From the human T2T-CHM13v2.0 reference genome, Homo sapiens, in the NCBI RefSeq assembly GCF_009914755.1, contig NC_060934.1: a DNA stretch of 64,000 nucleotides. One strand, given 5' to 3'. Of this stretch, positions 54,576 through 64,000 are shown one piece after another. The notes beneath the pieces are model-generated. The model was not told the origin of the DNA. It worked only from the letters and a program-made list of their open reading frames with translations, and made no database searches. Numbering within the stretch: the first letter of the stretch is position 1; the number at the start of each line of letters is the position of its first letter. The position numbers were made by a program, and so were the translations under genes.

Positions 54576-54999
54576 AGTAAAATGCTTAAAATAGTCACTT
54601 CTTATTGTTTTTCATTTTACTGATTTCTAGTTATCTACTTACAGTTTGAAAGACATGATCTTGAATTTGACTAGCATTTCTGGTTTTCTATTGTTGGTGT
54701 GGGTGAGAGCTGAGTCAGTGCCCAATAATCACTGTGGTTTTATTTAAAACATGTCTCAGATGATACTTTGAAATAACATCTGTTTCTATCTTTCACGAAG
54801 CTTACATAATTCTTCAGTGTCCATTAAATAAATTACAGAGTCATTATTCTTCTATTTGAAGTCGTCTGTACACAGGCTCAACCTCACAAGCTTGTATTTT
54901 GAGACTACTTGCTATTCATCTCTATTCCACTGAAAATGATTTTTGATCCAGGATTTACCACACTTTGTCTTTCTCCTGTATTACCTTCTATCTTGAATA

Positions 55000-55206
55000 C
55001 ACTGATTTGCACTTCCATTTACCTCAACTCCAGCCATCCTTCAAAGCCCAGCTCAATTTTAAACTTTCTCCAAAAGCTCTCTAATATCAAGTCAGATTTA
55101 GTGTGCATGTCCCCAGTATTCCCCTAGCGTTTCTGAAGACAGTCCTCAGTTCCATACCCCTCACAGTGGTGCATCTCTGTTCAGTAAATACTTGCTGAAC
55201 TGAATT
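55000..55206 (+). mobile_element. L2 3' end fragment
   Basis: catccttcaaagcccagctcaa...ttcagtaaatacttgctgaactgaa. Confidence 0.6.
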
Positions 55207-56633
55207 GCACAGTATCCTGGGATGAACCTGCTCAGGAAAAGATTGAACAGAGCATGAAGAACAGCTAAAATGAACACTACAACAGGCCTTCTTTAGTGTG
55301 AGAAGCTAGATTCCAAACACATAACAACAGCTGAAAGAGACACATGAAATAGGGATTATTTGCATTCGAATTAACTAAGATTGTTTAATTCAGGACATAA
55401 TCTCTGAACACAAATAAAAGGAGAAGAAAAAAATTCCTTTATTGACTTGAGAACGTATGTCAAAGTTGCTTTTTAAGAGCTATTTTTAAAAGTTGATGAA
55501 AAAAGCATTGTATCAAACAGTAAGTTTCAATTTTGAATTGTAGAATGCTTTTAATCTAAAAAAAATAGTTTTTAGTGGCATAAAATAAATTATTGGGAAA
55601 TGCTATATTTGTGTGGTAGAGGAACTATTTTAATATAAGCATACTCTTTATTTCATTGGTGATAAAGCATATTGTCTTTTTAAATATTATCAGCATATAT
55701 ATGTTTTTCCCATTCAAAGGTAGGAAGAAATTGTCATTATTTAACGGAAAATAGCATCTAGAAGCCATTTCTGTATTATCTATATTTGAAGCTGCAATTC
55801 TACGTAAATCATCTTCAATTCTAAAATACAAATGTTTGTCTAATTTAGCTTCTATGTGTGTTTTCACGTTGAAGTTCCTCCTACCCATCACTGGTTCTTC
55901 GAGAACAATGATTTAAAGGAATTCAGAATAATCACAAGAGGAATTGCTCTTTCAAATCTGAACTGGAGATCTGCAGCTCAGATTACACTGAGAAATAATA
56001 GCACCAGCCACATTTTTATGTATGTCGATCTATTTTCATGACTTCTAGGTAAAACATGACATGGCAGCCCACAGTGGTCCATGAAGACTTGGCTCCATGG
56101 AGCCAAAATCAGGACCTTCCTAGAGACCATGGTCAGCATGGGGACAGGGGCTTTCCCAGGGAGCCTACACAATTGATAGCTGAGTATTTACATGAGCTGT
56201 CTTATCTCGTAGGTTCTCAGAGAAGGCACAAAAATTGGGTTATTTAGGGTTATTTGATGCTCTTTAACTATCTTTTAAGCAATAGATTGCTGCCTCATTT
56301 TAATAAAGGTCGAAATAAAAGAAGAGATGATTTTCACAGAATAAGATTTTCAGATTTAAAAGTATGACATTGAAAATATAGTGTAAAAACAAAATTACAT
56401 GTCAAAAGGAGCCCAGTTGCACATCAGATCTTCTTTGAATCTTCTTTCAGCCTTCCCTAGATCAGCTTCCCTATTTCCCACTAGAGAAATGCCCTTCTCT
56501 AGAGAAATCCCTTTCTCTAGTGTGACATTTATTTTTATTTCATTTTAATTGTATTGATAGGAAATCTGAGGAGAAAACACTTTTTTTGACTATGGTATCT
56601 CCATGTAAATCATGACTACAGGTAAAATCAGCT

Positions 56634-58085
56634 GACTTTGGTTTGCAGCCAAGATGGAGCAGCCCCACTCCTGTTGGGCCCTCCATACACACAGGACAAG
56701 CACCAGCACAGCACACATGCGGGCCCCTGAAGGGTGGAAGCAGGAGGCACCCGGGGGTCTTGGGGCTGAGGAACCAGCTGCAATGGGTCCCTGGGCTTCT
56801 GGGGGCTTCTCACGTATCCTGGACGAGGTGCTTCAGAAGCCTCCACCCAGAACTTTCAACAGGCATGGACCAAAAGAGCTTCAAGGACAGCCTGCTCCCA
56901 GGCAGGTCACGGGGAAAAGGACCACCTCCCGAAGGAAGGCAATGCCCAGCCCGCTTCAGCCAGACTGCAACAGAGCAACAACCCGACTCCGTGTCAAGGG
57001 TGCCCAGCAGGGAGCGGGCCTCCCAGCCATCCCTGCTTGCTACAGCAGGTAGTGGCAGCACAGTCACACCTGGGGGGTGGGCAAGGCAGGGAGCTCTGAG
57101 TCCCTACCAAGGTGGGTATAGCAGCAGGTTGCAGATGGGTCCAGCGAACTCCGAACATCCACACCCCTAGGCAGGGCTGGTTGCACTTGACTGTACCACC
57201 CCGATCACAGCAGGGTACAGTGAGGGGCTGAGCCTCCACCCACTCGAGGCAACCATGTCTCTGCCCACATTCCCTGGGAAGGAGTCAACCCGGCTGAGGG
57301 AGGCTGAGTTTCATGCCTGGCAAGGAGATGCTAGGAGTCAAGGCCCACCATGGGAGGGAGGTGTCAGGGCCCCAGTGGGAAGCTACACACACTCGCCCAA
57401 CAGGACCTGCCCCTGCACCTCCAGAGAGCAGCACCTGCCAAAACAGAAGATGTGTCTACTTAACATACACTAAAAGATAGAAAATCTCAGCAAAACATAA
57501 AAATTATAACCAGAAAAACCCACGATGAAATCATATAGAACTGAAAGTTACATTAACCAAAATTAAAAGGAAAAAAGCAAACAAAAAAACCTAAAAAGCA
57601 GAAAATTGCCTCACTAGATGGTCTCGCTAGTAGAGCAGAGACGACAAAGATGGAATCAGCGACTCTGAGGACACATTGAGATAAGTTATCAAATAAGCTG
57701 CATGGCAGAGAAAGGAGAACAACGACCACAAAAATGAACAGTATCTAGGACCTTTGTGTCAATTTAAAGAAAAGTAACAGGATAGCTAACATTTATATAA
57801 TGGGAATTTCTGACAGAAAAGAAGACTAAAAAGTATTAGAAAAAAATAATGCCTGAAGCCATCTACAATTTGGAGAAACATATACTCCTGCAATTCAAGA
57901 GGCTAAGTGAACCCCAGGGGGGATAAACCCCCAGATCCCGTGATAAACACATCATAATTAAACTTCTGAAAACCAAAAACAAAAAAAGGGAAATAAAAAT
58001 TGAAAGCAGCCACAGAAATAGGACATTTTCCTTGAAGAGACCACAACTTCAAATGACAATGGATTTTGATCTCCAATCAGAACAA
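56634..58085 (+). mobile_element. Old L1 (L1M4/L1MC-like) 5'UTR and ORF1
   Basis: Starts gactttggtttgcagccaagatggagc (L1M 5' end with YY1-type motif); GC-rich UTR; then ORF1-like aaaagatagaaaatctcagcaaa...cacatcataattaaacttctgaaaacc. Confidence 0.7.
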
Positions 58086-58546
58086 ACTGGTGGGAGAGGG
58101 TGTAACATGCTGGAGATAGTCTGAGTGATTTTTATGGCGGCCTTATCAACATCCGGATATACTATAAAACCTGTTTAAGGCATTTTTGGCAGAAAGATGA
58201 CATGGAAAGACATCTCCCAATATAAAAATACAGCAATAAGATAAGATATCTAGGAATGGTGGCGTCTATTTTTCTCTCTGGGGTACTGCCCCATTTTGCT
58301 CTGTTATAACTGACCGAAAATGACCCCTAGGACTTACCTCATTTGAGATGCCTCCACCTAATCCCCAGAGAATTTCACTGTGCTGACTTCTGATCATCTC
58401 TACACATGGCTACAGCCAGACATGATGCCATATTTGTGTACAGTTTCTCCTCGTCCTGTGCACTCCTCTTTGCTTTTCAGAGTTTGCCATTTTTCCAAAA
58501 GATGACATTGTCTTCGGCTAAGAAAATCATTTACTCTTTTTATTAG

Positions 58547-58881
<335 letters not shown>

Positions 58882-59363
58882 TAGCATTTATTGTTACTTA
58901 TATGTGCATCTTCTATTTACGAGATTATGTTAAAGATTGAAAATGTGTATAGACTACCCTGGATAATTTTTAGAATTTCACAAGAATACACTTAAGGAGA
59001 GTAAAATACTAAAATTCCAGGCAGCACCAGTTCAGAATACATATTTAACTCTTGTGCCAGTCACATGAAGTGTGGTCCATCCAGAAGGTATTTGATAAAC
59101 CCTTTTGAATACATTTAGAACATGGTAAAGCTTTCTCTCCATCACAGGTTCATGCTGGTTGGTTCAAAAGCCAGGGGGAAGTATTATTTATTTCATGATG
59201 CCTTCAAAGATGACAGAGTAATAAAGAGAGTAGCGAAATGTTTTAAAATATAAAAGTGAGGGAAATTTTGAATTATTTAACTTCAGTTAGGGAAGAAAAT
59301 TGATGAGGTGACGATGGAAATTCTGAAAGTTAGGTAACCAGATGTTACCTTTTTGCTATTGTG

Positions 59364-59593
59364 TTTCCTTCCTTCCTTCCTTCCTTCCTTCCCTCCTTCC
59401 TTCCTTCCCTCCTTCCTTCCTTCCCTCCTTCCTTCCTTCCCTCCTTCCTTCCTTCCCTCCTTCCTTCCTTCCTTCCCTCCTTCCTTCCTTCCCTGCTTCC
59501 TTCCTTCCTTCCTTTCCTCCTTCCCTTCCTCCTTCCTTCCTTCCTTCCCTCCTTCCTTCCTTCCCTCCCTCCCTCTCTCTTTCTCTTTCTTTC

Positions 59594-59626
<33 letters not shown>

Positions 59627-59638
59627 TTCTTTCTTTCT
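59364..59638. repeat. (TTCC)n/(TTTC)n polypyrimidine tract
   Basis: About 275 bp, almost purine-free on the + strand. Confidence 0.97.
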
Positions 59639-61229
59639 ATGTGAGAGTGGTTTCAACAGAATAAAGTAAAATTTAATTGGCATAATATCATATTCTTGCT
59701 TAAATATTCCCACTCATTAGAAGAAAAGTAATCAGTATTCAGATATGAGTGAAAAAAATTGAACCTATGGTAGCAGAGAAAGTAGTAAATGGCATATGTG
59801 TTGGGAGGTGAGACAAGGGTGTGAAATTATAAAGAGCTCCAACCTTTCAAAATCGGTGATTAAGAAACCATCATCTGCTGAACCAGGAGCTCCTACCCTC
59901 CCACTCACTTATCTCACACCCAAGACGACAGTGAAGATCAATTTCCATCTCTCTGCTGCCCACATGTTTCAGAGGTTGCCCTTCCATAAGGTAACAAACT
60001 TTGGTAAAGCTACCAGCTTTCTACAACTTGGAATTACTGTTGATTATTTGAAGAATTGACATTGTACAGGAAGAAGGCTTATCCAGCTATGTAAGGAATG
60101 TCATTGCCATTTAGATAGGTCATCCAGAGGTAGAAATTAGACATGACTCAAACAAAGGAAAAAAGTCTGTGCAAAACCAAGAAGGAAAGACAGAGGCAAA
60201 CTCCTGGGATAATGGTAGACAAACCAAAATGATGACAGGCCAGAAATTAAGGAAATTAAAGTGGTACATTATCAACTTAGTTTTGAAGATAGTAATATAT
60301 ATATATTATATATACATATTATATATATAACATAGAATTTAAAATAGCTTTAAACCAGTTGTGCATCATGTGAGAAAACATACCTACTGTAGGTGTGTAA
60401 TTTATTATTAATTATATGTAGCTTGATTTGAAAACATACAGTCACAGTAACAGGATAATCACCTAAAGCAGTTCTTTATGTACGGTAAATAGAGGGTTCC
60501 TGGAATACGAAGATGTTTGAAGAGTAACTGGTTTTATTTGTTGTTTAAAGAAAAAAGAAGGAATGCATGAGAGATAATTTCCTACACTTGAAGAATAAAG
60601 TAAAGTCATTACAGCTATTCAGTGCTTCCAAACATTCAGAGCTATCTCTGTAGCAGAATTCTCACTTTCTCATTAACTTCTTTGTAATGGAATTTTCACG
60701 TTCTCCTATTAACTGGCTATTAGTAAGATCCAGTATAACAGTCCATAGCTGAATTAAACTATATATAGCTTAATAATTCAGATGAATATGACCTACACAG
60801 GTGAAATTAATAATCTACATTTTAATAAAAATATACACACTTTAGAAAATAAATATATGAACAACAATTTTAATGACAGTTACCAAGTCTGATGTCCATC
60901 ATGCCTTTTATGTGATGCTATTTAAAACATGTCTTCAATAAATTTGCAGTTAGTTTTTTCAGCAGTTGAATCACTTATAGGAAGGAAAAAAAACCCTCTA
61001 TCTGAACAAAGCTTCCCAGGTACACTAGCAATTTCTGTAAAACCTTTTGTTTACTATTTATTATAATGTTCAATAAGAAAATGACCTGTACATAAAAAAA
61101 GATGTAATATTTACATAAACCATGAGCTAAATTAAATTTAACAATTACTTTTATTGTAAGGCTTGCGCTCATCACTGTGGTGGGTAGCAGCATCAGTGAA
61201 AAACAGCCTGTAGGCTTCATAATTCCTTT

Positions 61230-61380
61230 TAAAGAAATGTTTCTGCATGCAAAAATATTTTGGAAACCACAAATCTCATTAAACTCTGAGTTTTATTCAT
61301 AATAAGAATAAATCAGGCTCAGAAAAGTGAAGTGAGGTGCCCCAGGCCCTGACCTACTCGGAGCAGAGTCAGTCAGACAG
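61230..61380 (-). mobile_element. MIR
   Basis: caggctcagaaaagtgaagtgaggtgccccaggccc...gagcagagtcag. Confidence 0.55.
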
Positions 61381-61751
61381 GGTGCATGGTCCCCATCTTG
61401 GTGCGGGCACCCCAAGTCCAGGTGCTGGGAGGTTTCTCTTCATGGTTCCACGTCTACACTCATTGCCTGGAAAGTCGGGGTGATGAAGGAACTGTCTCCT
61501 TATTGTTGTTTCTGGACAGCCAAGATCATTAAAAAAAAAAAAAAAAACATGGAACAGATTGTACCAACAGGTTGTCATGTTTTATTTTTGTTATCGTGCT
61601 AAAAAATATAATAATATAGAAAAAATGCTATGAAGGCAACAGAACAGCACCTCATTCCCTTTGCTGTTGTGCTGGGGCAAACACTTCAAGTGTTTCTGAC
61701 TCTGTTTCTCCAGAATTTTCTCCCAACAGTAAATAATGAACACATACCACT

Positions 61752-61789
61752 ATAGATAGATAGATAGATAATAAATAGATAGATAGATA
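61752..61789. repeat. Short (GATA)n repeat
   Basis: atagatagatagatagataataaatagatagatagata. Confidence 0.85.
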
Positions 61790-62671
61790 TCTTGCTATAA
61801 AATATAAGAATTAAATTCAGTTATGTTATTTTTGAGCCCTTTTTCCTCAATTTGATTTGGCTTAGTTGGTTTTTTTTGATTACCTTTTTTTCTGCCAATT
61901 ATGATTTTGTCCCCATATTGTCAAACACATTATTTATATACATTATCATATTAATTTTGCATTGTTTTATTGATAACAAATATAATACATTTTAGTTTTA
62001 TCTTTTAAGTCTAAACGATTAAAAATGTAAGAGTGCATGACAGTATGGTAATTACATGAGTATCGTTCAGCGCAGGGTCTAGTTCCATGCTGGGACCATT
62101 ACTCCTTTGTCCATGAATTCTTTGTCAAGAACCCTGCAAACTCCAGGGTAAATGTTCCCAGCATTTGAAAATCCATCATTTTCTCAAAACCGTGCCCACT
62201 TAGTCCCTGTTCACATAAACTAAATTTCTCTTGAGATGTTTTTTCCTTTATATTGTAATCATAAAGTTTCTGTAGCATTTGTTGAACTTGGAAAAGGGAC
62301 TGTTTGATTGATGACATCACCAATATTTTTCCACTTCTGTTTTATTGAGTCAATTCCATCGGCTTCTCCGTAGGTACCTGGCTCACTCCTCTGGTCCATC
62401 ACATGTCAGAGGCACAACTGTCATCCAGGGGCTTCATTTTCCTGGTGTTTTCATAGTTTCTACTGATTTTTATTTATTTATTTATTTATTTATTTTTGTT
62501 TGTTTATTGAGGGAGCACTAAATAATTTCTTCCAAAGTATTTCATCAAAGAAAAATTGTCTTGAAATATCTCACTGACTGATGGCATGGCTTGGAATAGA
62601 CTACAAGGTCTGCAATTTTAGAACATTTGATAGACAGCACAGGTGACAATATTAACATACAGATCTCTCAG

Positions 62672-63045
62672 TGTATTAGTCTGTTCTCACGCTGCTAATA
62701 AAGAAATACCTGAGACTGGGTAATTTATAATGGAAAGAGGTTTAATTGACTCACAGTTCCAGAGGACTGGAGAGGCCTCTGGAAACTTACAGTCATGGTA
62801 GAAGTGGAAGCAAACATGTCCTTCTTCACATGGCAGCAGCAAGGAGACGTGCAGATTGAAGAGGGGGAGGCCCCTTATAAAACCATCAAATCTCATGAGA
62901 ACTCACTCACTACCACCAGAACAGCATGGAAATAACTGCACCCTGATTCAATTACCTTCCACTGAGTCCCTCCCATAACATGTGGGGATTATAGGAACTA
63001 CAATTCCAGATGAGATTTGGGTGGGGACACAGCCAAACCATATTA
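62672..63045 (-). mobile_element. THE1 (C/D-like) solo LTR
   Basis: tgtattagtctgttctcacgctgct...gatgagatttgggtggggacacagccaaaccatatta; TSD (c/t)tcag. Confidence 0.93.
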
Positions 63046-63407
63046 TTCAGTATAGTTTTAAAATTAAAATAATCAAAAATCAACTTCCATTTGGGGGCAA
63101 AGCTCTCCCCCAAAATATCTGGGTTTTATGGAGGTGGGAGGTGTTATCTTCATGCTTACAAGCATGACATCTCACCAACAAAGCAGCACCCTGCAGGTGA
63201 CTTCTCTCTGGCTCTGCCCCACAATGTGTTGTCTACACCTGAGGCCTCCACCCCCTTGAAACCAGGTGAGTTTCCTCTATCAGCCCCTGAGACCACACCA
63301 GAGCCTGCCCTCTTCTCAAGAACACAGAAGGGCTGCCACTCATGAACTGAAGCCTTCAGCCACCCAAGGCTTGCTGGGATCACTGAAGCTTTAAAAGCTT
63401 TGGAACC

Positions 63408-63828
63408 TGCTATAGTTTGGATGTTTGTCCCCTAAACCTCATGTTGAAATTGTGTCCCCAAGGTTGAAGTTGGGGCCTAGTGGGAGATGTTCAGGTTATG
63501 GGGGTGGATCCCTCTTGAATGGCTTGGTGCCATCCTGGCCGTGATGAGAGAGTTCTTGCTCTATTGGTTCCCCTGAGAGCTCATTGATTAAAAAGAGCCT
63601 GGTGCCTTCCCCACCATCTCAGCTCCTCTCTGGCCACATGATCTCTGTACATGCAGCTCCCCTCTTCCTTCCACCATGGTTGGAAGCTTCCTGAGGCCCT
63701 CACCAGAAGCAGATGCTGGCGCCATGCTTCCTGTACAGCCTGCAGAACTGTGAGCCAAATAAACCTCTTTTCTTTATAAATTACCCAGCCTCAGGTATTC
63801 CTTTAAAGCAATACAAAACAAAATTACA
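63408..63828 (+). mobile_element. MSTB MaLR solo LTR
   Basis: tgctatagtttggatgtttgtcccc...gaggccctcaccagaagcagatgctggcgccatgcttcctgtacagcctgcagaactgtgagccaaataaacctc. Confidence 0.93.
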
Positions 63829-64000
63829 CTCATTTCCCACTAACGCCTGGAGAATTCTGCCCTCATAGCTACTTTGTACGGTGCCAAGTGGGTCTCAAAG
63901 CACCACTGTTCTGCATTTACAGGGCTCTCTAGGACCTTTAATGAAGCCATCCTTTCATGTTGTGAAGACAGCCTGTCTCTATGTAGGATCCAGTATTTGT

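Noticed and set aside
56643-57170. Longest ORF (175 aa)
   Set aside because: Lies in the GC-rich 5'UTR of an old L1, where stops are rare; several frames are open on both strands
59342-59713. PSFL/RKEG repeat ORFs
   Set aside because: Translations of the TTCC microsatellite

Overview
This is AT-rich primate (human-like, AluY-bearing) non-coding genomic DNA, either intergenic or deep intronic. I find no credible protein-coding gene, rRNA, tRNA, CRISPR array or prokaryotic system. The ORF track is almost entirely explained by Alu, L1, LTR and low-complexity sequence. A large share of the window is recognisable repeat: 16 Alu copies or fragments, old L1 (L1MC/MD/ME) and HAL1 pieces, two short L1PA 3' ends, L2, MIR, a fragmented CR1/L3, MaLR LTRs (THE1, MSTB, MLT1), an ERV1 MER66-like solo LTR, a MADE1 MITE and MER112. 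There are also several tandem repeats: a 67-bp L2-derived minisatellite, a 1.1-kb AT-rich 40-bp minisatellite inside an L1MC, and TA, GATA, TTCC and GA simple repeats. The most interesting signals are structural or regulatory. They include a TA microsatellite framed by a perfect 20-bp target-site-like duplication, a templated copy of 37 bp of the LTR with end-joining-type micro-duplications, and a MADE1 hairpin whose two arms share the same departures from consensus. Others are CpG-retaining AluYs with a CpG-rich island and splice donors (possible LTR- or CpG-driven lncRNA), an isolated 92-nt exon candidate, paired RFX boxes and a CTCF motif. Repeat subfamily names come from recalled consensus sequences, not a search. 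Boundaries of old elements are approximate (tens of bp).
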